Source: Candidatus Limnocylindria bacterium
Lineage (GTDB): Bacteria; Chloroflexota; Limnocylindria; QHBO01
Direction: 5' to 3'
Assembly: GCA_036560105.1 (NCBI GenBank)
Contig: DATBRU010000137.1
Coordinates: 1-41,750, forward strand
DNA: 41,750 nt
The translations under genes were made by a program, and so were the position numbers. A model generated the notes under the pieces. It did no database searches. It was not told where the DNA came from and saw only the letters and a program-made list of their open reading frames with translations. Each line of letters starts with the position of its first letter. The stretch's first letter is position 1. Of the stretch, positions 29,411 through 37,894 are shown piece after piece.

Positions 29411-29439
29411 CCTCGGCCCGATCCAGAGGCGGTGGCCGG

Positions 29440-29605
29440 TCTATCGGTCAATGCTCGCCGGATGGCGCTCCCGCGCGGGGTCTGTCTGTTCTATCGGTCA
29501 AGCTTCAGCGTGAAGTGCGCCGCTGCGCGGCATTCATGCTGATGGCTGACTGACACACCGACCAAACGCAGCACGAATTGGCCTTCCGGAGGGAATTGAC
29601 CGATA
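29440..29605. repeat. Three copies of TATCGGTCAA (two direct, one inverted) in the intergenic region upstream of the GbsR/MarR-like regulator
   Basis: TCTATCGGTCAA occurs at 29440-29451 and again at 29490-29501, exactly 50 nt apart. The inverted copy TTGACCGATA is at 29596-29605, ~37 nt before GTG 29642. Confidence 0.55.
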
Positions 29606-29641
29606 CGGCAGTCGGCTATGCGTCACTGGTAACATGCTTTC

Positions 29642-30373
29642 GTGAGTAGCACGTTTACGCGCACCGACGGCTCGGCGGCCGAAGAGCTGCGTCGGTCGTT
29701 TGCCGCTGCCTGGGGCGAGATCGGCGCGGCATGGGGCGTGGCCCCGTCGACGGCGACCGTCCAGGGCTATCTGCTCGTCTCCGACGGCCCGCTCTCCGAG
29801 CCCGAGGTCCGCCGCGCCCTTGGGATGAGCCATCGGGCCACCAGCCTGGCCCTGCGGCAATGCGAGGAGTGGGGCCTCGTCGAGCGGGCCACCGCGCCGC
29901 GCCGCTCCGGCCAGCGCGGCCCCGCGGCGACCGCGTGGATCGTGGTCGACGATCACTGGGAGTGGTTCCGCCGCGTGGCGGCGGGACGACGAGAGCGCGA
30001 GACGGCACCCGTTCTGCCGGTGATCGAGCGCTGCGTGACCGAGGCGCACGAGGCAGCCCGCGGCGGGTCGGACCCGGAGATGCAGCGGCTGGGTGAACGC
30101 CTCGACGCGCTCCTCGGGTTCGTTCAGCGCTTCGAGCATGGCGTCGAGATCTTCGTCCAAGGGGACGCGCCGGCCATCGAGGGCCTGTTCGCGGCGCTGG
30201 CGTCCCTGGACGACGACACCGTGACCCGCCTGTGGGCCCTCATGGGGGAGCTCGGACCGGACGAGATGGGGCGTGCCCTTGCGGCGCTCTCGAAGCTGTC
30301 GCCCGCGAGCGCGCGCGGCCTGGTGCAGCTGGCGGATCAGCCGATGCTGCAGAAGCTCATCGGGATGCGATAG
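29642..30373 (+). CDS. GbsR/MarR-like winged-helix transcriptional regulator
   Basis: 243 aa with a GTG start. The N-terminal wHTH (GYLLVSDGPLSEPEVRRALGMSHRATSLALRQCEEWGLVER) is followed by a helical C-terminal domain. The family call is moderate. Confidence 0.7.
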   Translation: MSSTFTRTDGSAAEELRRSFAAAWGEIGAAWGVAPSTATVQGYLLVSDGPLSEPEVRRALGMSHRATSLALRQCEEWGLVERATAPRRSGQRGPAATAWIVVDDHWEWFRRVAAGRRERETAPVLPVIERCVTEAHEAARGGSDPEMQRLGERLDALLGFVQRFEHGVEIFVQGDAPAIEGLFAALASLDDDTVTRLWALMGELGPDEMGRALAALSKLSPASARGLVQLADQPMLQKLIGMR

Positions 30374-30388
30374 GACCGAACGCCAGCG

Positions 30389-31837
30389 CTACTCCCCGGA
30401 GCCGTCGTCCTCGAAGACCGATGCGCCCGCGACGACAGCGGCCGCGCCCCGTCCACCCAGCGCCACCGGCAGAGGCCGTGCGACGGGCACACGGGTCACG
30501 AATCGCTCGACGTGCTCACGCGTGCCGCCGATCTTCAGCTCGTCGAAGAGGAGCCCGAACTTGGCCCGCAGATGGGACCCGACCTCGTCGGCCGCAGCGG
30601 GCGGCAGGGTCCACAGCTGGCGCTTGAACGGCCCGATCGCCTTCTTGCGGGTCTTGTAGAGGAACTGCTCATCGGTCTCGCCGGCCTTGCGCTCGTCCGC
30701 GCAGCTCGCGACGCACCACGCCATCATCTCGGCACGAAGGTCCGCGGGCAGGCCCCCGTCGTCGTAGAGGATGTTCTGGAAGCCTGTGGCGAGGTGGATC
30801 TCTGCGGTGCCGTTCGTGGGGAAGTGGTTGAACGCCTCGTCCGGCAGCGTCGAGGCGCCGTGCTGGACGCATCCCGCCATGCCGTACTCGTCGCGCGCCA
30901 CGCTGGAGAGACGACGCAGCGTGTCGAAATCGATGCTCACGCTGGCGACGCTGCCGTCCGGCAGGACCACGCCCCCGTGGGACGTGCCGGTCTGGACGCT
31001 CACCTTGCTGATCGGCTCGACGCCCGCGCACTGCTCCAGGTAGCCATCGACATAGGCCCGCAGCTCCTCCTCCGTCGAGTTCACCTTGCCGACCTCGCCG
31101 ATCTCGCCGCCGATGCTGATCGTCACACCACGAGGCTGGAGGGATCGGATCAGCCGCGTCAGCGCGGCGGTGTTGTCGGCATTCACGCGCTGCTGCTCGG
31201 CGACCGAGGGCTGCGACAGGTCGACCAGCGTCGAGGCGTCGATGTCGATGTTGAGGAATCCGGCGCCGATGGCCTCGCGGACGAGGTCACGCAGGCCGTT
31301 CAGCTCCCCGTCAGGATCCGTGGCCCACTTCGTGGCGTTGAACTGGAAGTGGTCGCCCTGGAGGAACACCGGCGTCCGCCACCCACTGCGCAGTGCGGCG
31401 GCCAGGATGACAGCGGTGTACTCGGCCGGCCGCTGGTCGGTGTAGGCCATCTCGCTCTTGGCGATCTCGAAGATGACCGCGGAGGCGTCGCGCTCGAGGG
31501 CCGCGGCGAATGCCTGGCGCGCGGTGAGGTACGTCGCGGCCCGCACGTTGATGGCCGGAACGGTGAATGCTGTCGGCGGAACCTCGCCACGGCCGCGGGC
31601 CCGGTACAGGTCGTGGATCGAGGCGGAGCCGCAGCCGAGTGCCTGCGACGCGCTCCAGATGACCCAGCGCGCCGCATCGCGCACGTCCGCGTCGGCTCCG
31701 AAGACCGCCGCGAGGACGATGTCGTCCATCAGCTCTCCCCGCAGCGCCACCTCGTCGTGAACGTCGAGCCCGACGTCGCTGATCGTGGCGACGCTCGAGA
31801 GGCTGCCGCGCAGATCGTCGATGGTGGCAATCGTCAT
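30389..31837 (-). CDS. Class II (metal-dependent) fructose/ketose-bisphosphate aldolase, long form
   Basis: 482 aa with motifs FLQGDH, GGEIGEVG, QTGTSHGG and VQHGAST, which are class II aldolase metal and substrate residues. It lies 9 nt downstream of the preceding membrane ORF on the same strand. Confidence 0.85.
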   Translation of the reverse strand: MTIATIDDLRGSLSSVATISDVGLDVHDEVALRGELMDDIVLAAVFGADADVRDAARWVIWSASQALGCGSASIHDLYRARGRGEVPPTAFTVPAINVRAATYLTARQAFAAALERDASAVIFEIAKSEMAYTDQRPAEYTAVILAAALRSGWRTPVFLQGDHFQFNATKWATDPDGELNGLRDLVREAIGAGFLNIDIDASTLVDLSQPSVAEQQRVNADNTAALTRLIRSLQPRGVTISIGGEIGEVGKVNSTEEELRAYVDGYLEQCAGVEPISKVSVQTGTSHGGVVLPDGSVASVSIDFDTLRRLSSVARDEYGMAGCVQHGASTLPDEAFNHFPTNGTAEIHLATGFQNILYDDGGLPADLRAEMMAWCVASCADERKAGETDEQFLYKTRKKAIGPFKRQLWTLPPAAADEVGSHLRAKFGLLFDELKIGGTREHVERFVTRVPVARPLPVALGGRGAAAVVAGASVFEDDGSGE

Positions 31838-31846
31838 GCGTCCATC

Positions 31847-32185
31847 CTACCGAAGCGCCGAGACGAGGGTGAACGCCAGCAGAGGGGCGATCAACAGCCC
31901 GAGACCCGCCGCCAGCAGGTACCAGTCTCGGGCGGCGCCGTCATCGGCCACGCCTCGACGGCGAAGGCTGCGCGTCCACCATCGCACCGCCGACAGACCG
32001 ATCACGTACAGCACCGCGCCCAGTCCGACAACGCCGATGGCGAAGGATCGGACCTCGTCGCAGTCACCGAAGGCCAGCGGTCCGCCGGGCGGGCATGGGG
32101 CGCTCAGCTCCAGGCCGATGAGGACGCCGGCGCTCGCGATGACGAGGCCCGACCAGGCGAGATGAGCGAGCAGCGACCGATTCAG
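31847..32185 (-). CDS. Hypothetical small membrane protein (about 3 TM), start codon unresolved
   Basis: The frame has a strong GC3 signal and hydrophobic helices (LLAHLAWSGLVIASAGVLIGL..., FAIGVVGLGAVLYVIGLSAV..., WYLLAAGLGLLIAPLLAFTLV). No ATG, GTG or TTG lies between 32341 and the first helix. CTG at 32185 directly abuts the upstream stop. Confidence 0.4.
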   Translation of the reverse strand: MNRSLLAHLAWSGLVIASAGVLIGLELSAPCPPGGPLAFGDCDEVRSFAIGVVGLGAVLYVIGLSAVRWWTRSLRRRGVADDGAARDWYLLAAGLGLLIAPLLAFTLVSALR

Positions 32186-32769
32186 CGGCGGGCGAGCTCG
32201 GTGCTGCGGCTGGCCGCGGCGGCGGCCTCGCGGCCGGTGACACGCCGGAACTCGAACGCCAGGTACACGCAGGCGGCGGCGCCGAGGCCCGCGGCAATCA
32301 ACCCGAAGGCCACCGACTGCAACGTGATGTTCACCGGCCACAGCGACCCGCCGGCGAGGTTGAAGGCCATGATCGGGATGATCATCAGGACGGTGGCGAG
32401 GTAGTTCAGCCCGACGAACAGCCGAAGCGCTGACCATCCGAATCCGCGCCGGCCACGAGACGCCTGGACGAGGACGGCCACCACGATCAGCGCCGCGAAC
32501 GCCGTCATACCGGCACCGTTGGCGATGAGGAAGCCGACATCCTCGCTGAATCGCAGGAACGGGAGCTCGACGGTGACGAGGTAGTAGATGTAGTTCGAGA
32601 CGTAGAAGAGCGAGAAGTACAGGAACAGGAACAGCGGCACGGCCTTCAGCACGGCGACGAGCCACGTCTCGTGGCCGAAGAGCATCCAGCTCATGAAGTC
32701 ATCGGCCCAGCCGAGGAGGCGGTTCACGCCACCCTTCGGGCGGTAGGTCGGATACGCGGTCGTGCTCAT
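32182..32769 (-). CDS. Hypothetical integral membrane protein (about 5 TM) in the Rieske/cyt b operon
   Basis: 195 aa. The ATG lies 10 nt after the cytochrome c stop. Codon usage is good to the end of the frame. I recognise no family. Confidence 0.65.
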   Translation of the reverse strand: MSTTAYPTYRPKGGVNRLLGWADDFMSWMLFGHETWLVAVLKAVPLFLFLYFSLFYVSNYIYYLVTVELPFLRFSEDVGFLIANGAGMTAFAALIVVAVLVQASRGRRGFGWSALRLFVGLNYLATVLMIIPIMAFNLAGGSLWPVNITLQSVAFGLIAAGLGAAACVYLAFEFRRVTGREAAAAASRSTELARR

Positions 32770-32779
32770 CGATTCACCA

Positions 32780-33592
32780 TCAGTCCCCGGTCTGGGTCAG
32801 CAGGAAGGTGATGAGGGCCTGCAGCGCGCTGTCGGAGAGCGAGTCTTCCGGATGCGGCGGCATGCCCGTGGCGTTCCCGTCGTTGTAGTTGGCGGACGAG
32901 TCCCGGATCCACAGCTCCAGGAAGTTGCGGGGATCCTCCGCGTAGTCCGCCTCCATCTCGGCGCGACCGGACGGCTCGTTGAACCCGCTCAGGTCGACGA
33001 GCCCGGAGCCGATGGTCGAGATGTTGGGTCCGGCCGTCGAGCCGGTCAGGTCCGCGCCGTGACATCCGGCGCAGCCCGCGGAGGCGAAGACCTCGGCGCC
33101 GGCTTCGGGCGTGTCCGGCACCTCCTCGGGCAGATCGGTCGCTGCGTCCTCGGCCCAACCGGTGACCAGGGCGACGACCGCGTCGATCTGCTGCACGTTC
33201 AGCGGGCCGCCGACCTCGGCGCTCCAGGCCGGCATCGGCGAGTTCACGTTGCCGGAGACGACCACGCCGCCGTAGCTGACGGCGAGGTGGACGTAGTTGG
33301 GATTGACCGCCAGCTTGTTGGCGAGCGATGCCGTGTGCAGGCTCGGCGCACGGCGTCCGTCGGGATCGTTCGGGATCGCGCCGCCGGTTCCATCGGCGCC
33401 GTGGCATCGCGCGCAGCCGGCGGCAGCCGGCTCGGTCTCGGAGTCGCTGAAGACGACCTCGCCGTACTCGAGCAGCTCCTCCTCCTGGGCGACCGCGATC
33501 GCACCGCGTCGTGCCGGATCGGTGAACCAGAAGAGCATCGTGAACGCGGCGAGCACGGTGACGAGCAGGACGCCGAGCGCCTTGATGCGCAT
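32780..33592 (-). CDS. Membrane-anchored di-haem cytochrome c
   Basis: 270 aa with an N-terminal anchor. It has two CxxCH motifs (CARCH, CAGCH), each followed by a distal Met-containing segment (SPMPAW, GMPPH). It lies 3 nt after the Rieske gene. Confidence 0.88.
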   Translation of the reverse strand: MRIKALGVLLVTVLAAFTMLFWFTDPARRGAIAVAQEEELLEYGEVVFSDSETEPAAAGCARCHGADGTGGAIPNDPDGRRAPSLHTASLANKLAVNPNYVHLAVSYGGVVVSGNVNSPMPAWSAEVGGPLNVQQIDAVVALVTGWAEDAATDLPEEVPDTPEAGAEVFASAGCAGCHGADLTGSTAGPNISTIGSGLVDLSGFNEPSGRAEMEADYAEDPRNFLELWIRDSSANYNDGNATGMPPHPEDSLSDSALQALITFLLTQTGD

Positions 33593-33595
33593 CGC

Positions 33596-34252
33596 TCAGC
33601 CGGTGCAGTGGGGCATGTCGGTCGGCCCGCGTTCGTCGAACCCGATCGTCCCGGGGGGTGGACCGCTGACGACCTCGCTCGTATCGACGATGTAGGTCCC
33701 GTCCTCGACGATGACATTGAAGCGATCCATGCCGCGCGGCGCGGGGCCGTCGCGCTTCTCGCCGAGCACCGTGTACTTCGATCCATGGCACAGGCATTCG
33801 AACCACTGGCTCTCGTTGCACAGCTGCGGCACCTGGCAGCCGAGGTGCGGGCACTTGCGGTACAGCGCCATGACGGAACGTTCCGCCGGTGGCAGATCCG
33901 GTGAGACGTCGGCCCCGGGATCGGGCACCGGGTTGGCGACCGTCCCGTCGCCGTCGACGCGCTCCTTCGCGGCGGGCACGTTCACGAAGAACAGGTTCGC
34001 CTGGTTGTAGACGTAGGGCAGCCCGTTCGCCCAGTCCGGCCAGACCGCGTTGATCTCGTCAGCCGTTCCCAGCGTGATCTGGGCACCAAGCCCCTCGGTC
34101 AGGTTCGGCCACAGGAAGGCGATGGTGCCGCCGAGGAACTCGAGCGTCAGCAGACCGACTCCGACACCGAGCATCCGGCGCATGAAGCCGCGCCGGGTGA
34201 TCTCACCGGTCGGCGGGCCATGGACGGGGCCGTAGGAGGCGTGCTGCGTCAT
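33596..34252 (-). CDS. Rieske [2Fe-2S] subunit of the Rieske/cytochrome b complex
   Basis: 218 aa starting at ATG 34252, with an ATGA overlap with the upstream gene. It has a Tat motif and anchor (TRRGFMRRMLGVGVGLLTL) and Rieske boxes CPHLGC and CLCHGS. Confidence 0.9.
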   Translation of the reverse strand: MTQHASYGPVHGPPTGEITRRGFMRRMLGVGVGLLTLEFLGGTIAFLWPNLTEGLGAQITLGTADEINAVWPDWANGLPYVYNQANLFFVNVPAAKERVDGDGTVANPVPDPGADVSPDLPPAERSVMALYRKCPHLGCQVPQLCNESQWFECLCHGSKYTVLGEKRDGPAPRGMDRFNVIVEDGTYIVDTSEVVSGPPPGTIGFDERGPTDMPHCTG

Positions 34253-34866
34253 AGCGTGAAGAACAGGCCGTCCCAGGGCCAGACCCAGTTCCAGCCCGGT
34301 CCGCGGAAGAAGGAGCCGATGAAGGTCACGATCAACCCGCCGATCATGATGCAGAGGAAGAAGACCCACATCATCTTCCGGTCGCGCGCGGCCTTGTACG
34401 GCGAGCGGTCGATGTACGGGATGATGATGAGCCCGCCAAGGTAGACCGGGATGACGAGCACGCCGGCCACGGTCGGGTTGAAGTAGCTGAGCAGCTCCTG
34501 GAGGCCGAGGAAGTACCACGGCGCCTTGGCCACGTGCGGGGTGACCGCCGGGTTGGCCATCTCCTCAAGCGGGGCGGTGATGAACACCGAGGCCACCACC
34601 AGCAGGCCGGTGATGAGCATCCCCATCAGGAACTCGGGCCGCAGCAGGTGGGGCCAGGTCAGGACGGTCTCATCGGGGCGCTTGTCAACACGGACCATCG
34701 ACTCCTGCTTCACGTAGGCGAGGAGGCGGAAGCGCTCCGTGCCCGGCACGCCGGGCGGCCCGGGCAGCTTGGGTCCCGTGCCCGGGGCCAAGATCGGCGC
34801 ACGCTCGGGGGCCTGCGTCGGCACGTTCTTGTCGGCCGTGGCGTTGGGTCGCTTCTCGATCGTCAT
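34249..34866 (-). CDS. Cytochrome b C-terminal half (subunit IV / PetD-like)
   Basis: 205 aa with three TM helices. The Qo-loop motif region is VAKAPWYFLGLQELL, which is the PEWY-box position. It follows the b6-like gene after 13 nt. Confidence 0.88.
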   Translation of the reverse strand: MTIEKRPNATADKNVPTQAPERAPILAPGTGPKLPGPPGVPGTERFRLLAYVKQESMVRVDKRPDETVLTWPHLLRPEFLMGMLITGLLVVASVFITAPLEEMANPAVTPHVAKAPWYFLGLQELLSYFNPTVAGVLVIPVYLGGLIIIPYIDRSPYKAARDRKMMWVFFLCIMIGGLIVTFIGSFFRGPGWNWVWPWDGLFFTL

Positions 34867-34879
34867 CGGTCCATTCCCA

Positions 34880-35623
34880 TCACACCGGCCCGCTGATCCC
34901 GCCGTCCTTCCTGATGCGCCAGAAGTGGACGATCATCAGGATGGCCGCAACGAGCGGGAAGAAGATGACGTGCGCGACATAGAAGCGCAGGAGCGTGCCC
35001 TGCCCGACGGAGATTCCGCCGAGGATGAAGAAGCTCGACTCGCTGGCCAGCAGCGGCGCGTACGTCGCCATCTGGGTGCCGACCGTGATGGCCCAGAACG
35101 CGATCTGGTCCCACGGCAGCAGGTAGCCGGTGAAGCTGAGCGCCAGCGTGAAGAAGAGGAGCAGGACGCCGATGACCCAGTTGAACTCACGCGGCGGCTT
35201 GTAGGCGCCGTGGTAGAAGACGCGGATCATGTGCAGGAAGACGGTCAGCACCATCAGATGCGCCGCCCATCGATGCATGTTGCGCACGAAGGCGCCGAAG
35301 GCAACCGACGCTTCGATCGACTGGATGTCCTGGTAGGCCTGGCTGATGGACGGGACGTAGAAGAACATCAGGTACAGGCCGGTCACGGTCAGGTTCAGGA
35401 ACAGGAAAAAGCTGATCCCGCCCAGGCAGAACGTGTACGTGTAGCGCACCGCGTGACGCTTGACCCGAACCGGGTGCAGGTGGAGGAACACGTTGTTCAT
35501 CACCGCCAGCGCGCGAGTGCGGCTCGTCGTCGGGTACGGCTGGCGGAACAGGCTGCGCCAGGCCGACGATTCCTTCACCCAGCGGGTGATCGGGTTGCCA
35601 CCCTGGCCGGGAATGTCGCTCAT
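34880..35623 (-). CDS. Cytochrome b6-type subunit (N-terminal half of cytochrome b, PetB/QcrB-like)
   Basis: 247 aa with four helices. The haem-ligand pairs are H-x13-H ([15 protein letters not shown]) and H-x14-H ([16 protein letters not shown]). A b6-like FCLGG segment is present. The ATG overlaps the upstream stop (ATGA). Confidence 0.92.
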   Translation of the reverse strand: MSDIPGQGGNPITRWVKESSAWRSLFRQPYPTTSRTRALAVMNNVFLHLHPVRVKRHAVRYTYTFCLGGISFFLFLNLTVTGLYLMFFYVPSISQAYQDIQSIEASVAFGAFVRNMHRWAAHLMVLTVFLHMIRVFYHGAYKPPREFNWVIGVLLLFFTLALSFTGYLLPWDQIAFWAITVGTQMATYAPLLASESSFFILGGISVGQGTLLRFYVAHVIFFPLVAAILMIVHFWRIRKDGGISGPV

Positions 35624-37629
35624 CGGTCCGCCGTCATGCCAGCCTGCTGGCCGACCTGTCCGAGCACATTGTCCTTGTAGCTCTCCAACAGAACCTTCCC
35701 GTCAGGCGTGAACCGCTCGAGCTCGAGGCGGTCCATGGTGATGCAGTTCGTGGGACAGCGCTCGACGCACAGGTTGCACCGGATGCACCGTTCCTCGTCG
35801 ATGATCATGGCGATCCCGCGCGGCCACGATTGGAAGAATCCCTGCTCCGGGTCGTCGCCGCCGACCTGCGCCTTGTCGATCATGTAGATCACGCCCTCGG
35901 GGCACACGTCGGCGCAGAGCCCGCACAGGATACAGCGGGGCCCGTCGATGTTGATGTTGTGGTTGCACTGGAGGCAGCGCGTTCCCTCGGCGATGGCACC
36001 ACGCGTGTCGTAGCCGACCTCGACGAGCGAGCGGAAGTCCCGGCGCAGCTCCGGCGGGGCCATCGGGATCTCCTGGCGCGGGGTCGCCTCGTAGAAGCGT
36101 GGCATGTCGTGCTCGAGGCTCTGGGTGATGACCGCGCGGTTGATGACCGGCAGTTCCTCGAGCTCGGTGCCTCGCAGCCCGGCCAGCCAGCGGTCGACCG
36201 AACGGGCCGCCCGTCGCCCCAGCCCGGCCGCCTCGATGATCGTCGCCGGCCCCGTGACGAAGTCGCCGACGGCGAAGATGCCGTCCGAGGTGGTGCCGAA
36301 CGTATCGGCGTTGATCGAGACATTGCCGCGGTTGAAGTCGAACGTCAGCGAGTTCAGCGGACGGCCGTCCTTGTCCTTCGGCGTGGTCCCGTTGAGCGGC
36401 TGCGTGCGCCAGGAGCTGAGCGACCCGCCCTCGACCACCGAGCGCGTATCGGTGACCCCGACGTGGCGGTTCAGCTTGGCCCCGAACTCTCCGAGGACGT
36501 TGTTGTCCGACGCCTGGCTCGTGCAGGGGATGACCATGTCGCACGGAACGGTGAACTCGCTGCCCGGGATGGGCTCGGCACTGCGCCGCCCGCTGGCATC
36601 CGGCGGGCCGAGCTGGGTGCGCTGGAAGACGATCCCGTTGACGCGCCCGTCGGCGCCGGCGGTCACCTCGACCGGGGACGCGAAGAATTCGAACCCGACG
36701 CCCTCGAAGCGGGTCTCGTGCTGCTCTTCCTCGTCGACCACCATCTCGTCAGGGCCGCGGCGGTAGAAGATCGTCGAGGTCGTGGCGCCGAGCCGCAGAG
36801 CGGTGCGCGATGAGTCCATGGCCGTGTACCCGCCACCGATGACGACGACGTGCTTCCCGACCCATTGCGGCTGCCCGAGGTTCGCGCGCTTGAGGAAGTC
36901 GACGCCGTAGATCACGCCCTCGAGCTCCTCGCCGGGCACGTTCATGGCCACCGGGTACATGCAGCCCGTGGCAACGACGACCGCGTCGTGACGCTGGCGC
37001 AGCTGCTCGAGGGTGATGTCCCGGCCGATCTCGACGTTGTAATGGAACTGGACGCCGTGCTTGGCGACCCAGTTGACATCGAGCTCGATGACGTCGCGCG
37101 GGAGGCGGAAGGCCGGAACGCCGATGAGGGTCGTCCCGCCGCCGCTGGGCAGGGCCTCGTACACGTGGACGTCGTGGCCCCAGCCGCCGAGCTCCTTGGC
37201 GGCCGCCAGGCCCGCCGGTCCGGCGCCGATGACCGCCACGCTGCGGCCCGTCGCCGGCTGCACCTCCACCTGGTCGGGCATGTTGTTGCCGTAATGCCAG
37301 TCGACGAGGAATCGCTTCATGGCGCGGATGGCCAGCGGCTTGTCGATGTCGGCCCGGCGGCAGGCCTTCTCGCACGGCGCGGAGCACACGTAGCCGCAGA
37401 TCGCGGCAACGGGGTTCGGGTCGCGAGCGAGGATGTAGCCCTCCTCGAAGCGGCCCTCGGCGGCCAGCATGAGGTAGCCCCGGCAATTCGTGTTGACCGG
37501 GCAGCCTTCCTGGCACTCGATATTGCACTGAAGCCAATCGACGCCGACCTCGGCGGTCTGGAACCTCAGCGGAATCGCCGTATCACTGATCACTGCGTCG
37601 TCGTCGCTCTCCGCGCGGTCTTGACCCAT
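35620..37629 (-). CDS. GltD/NfnB-like NAD(P)H-dependent FAD/Fe-S oxidoreductase fused to a C-terminal 2x[4Fe-4S] ferredoxin domain
   Basis: 669 aa with no TM helix. N-terminal GltD-type Cys clusters are [10 protein letters not shown] and [13 protein letters not shown]. Dinucleotide folds are [14 protein letters not shown] and [12 protein letters not shown], and GDF..GP is also present. The C-terminal region carries [12 protein letters not shown] and [12 protein letters not shown]. Confidence 0.88.
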   Translation of the reverse strand: MGQDRAESDDDAVISDTAIPLRFQTAEVGVDWLQCNIECQEGCPVNTNCRGYLMLAAEGRFEEGYILARDPNPVAAICGYVCSAPCEKACRRADIDKPLAIRAMKRFLVDWHYGNNMPDQVEVQPATGRSVAVIGAGPAGLAAAKELGGWGHDVHVYEALPSGGGTTLIGVPAFRLPRDVIELDVNWVAKHGVQFHYNVEIGRDITLEQLRQRHDAVVVATGCMYPVAMNVPGEELEGVIYGVDFLKRANLGQPQWVGKHVVVIGGGYTAMDSSRTALRLGATTSTIFYRRGPDEMVVDEEEQHETRFEGVGFEFFASPVEVTAGADGRVNGIVFQRTQLGPPDASGRRSAEPIPGSEFTVPCDMVIPCTSQASDNNVLGEFGAKLNRHVGVTDTRSVVEGGSLSSWRTQPLNGTTPKDKDGRPLNSLTFDFNRGNVSINADTFGTTSDGIFAVGDFVTGPATIIEAAGLGRRAARSVDRWLAGLRGTELEELPVINRAVITQSLEHDMPRFYEATPRQEIPMAPPELRRDFRSLVEVGYDTRGAIAEGTRCLQCNHNINIDGPRCILCGLCADVCPEGVIYMIDKAQVGGDDPEQGFFQSWPRGIAMIIDEERCIRCNLCVERCPTNCITMDRLELERFTPDGKVLLESYKDNVLGQVGQQAGMTADR

Positions 37630-37894
37630 GGGCTATCGAAGGAGCGGCAGGACCGATGCTACCCGTTCGCTCGCAGGCGGCGCAAGGCGGGGCGGCAGTT
37701 CGCGGCGCGCGAAGGTGAGCGATACATCGGTCACAGGGCGCATGAGATGTCTTCGGCGCGGGCCTTGACCGACGTGCCGACCACCAGCACACATGAGGGC
37801 CGCGCTCACGCCCCGTTCGTGCTCAGCGATGGCCGATCGATCGCTCAAACCAAGCGCAGATGGCAGATCCTGCTGGAATTGGTCGCCAGATCGA

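Noticed and set aside
29534-30160. A 208-aa minus-strand ORF starting in the repeat-containing intergenic region
   Set aside because: It is antisense to the GbsR/MarR-like regulator gene and has Arg/Ala/Pro-rich composition with no motifs. It would leave the three TATCGGTCAA copies partly inside coding sequence without support.
30512-32404. A 630-aa plus-strand ORF antisense to the aldolase and the membrane-protein genes
   Set aside because: It has no domains and is Arg/Asp/Gly-rich. The minus-strand class II aldolase motifs are unambiguous.
37630-37894. The 265-bp region upstream of the flavoprotein gene, checked for a promoter, riboswitch or small ORF, including the CGATCGATCG-type palindromes near 37831 and 37886
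   Set aside because: I found no convincing -35/-10 pair, no SD sequence, no conserved riboswitch-like structure and no credible small ORF. The track ORFs here are Arg-rich. The palindromes are short and consistent with chance in this composition. The operon promoter is probably here but cannot be located by eye.
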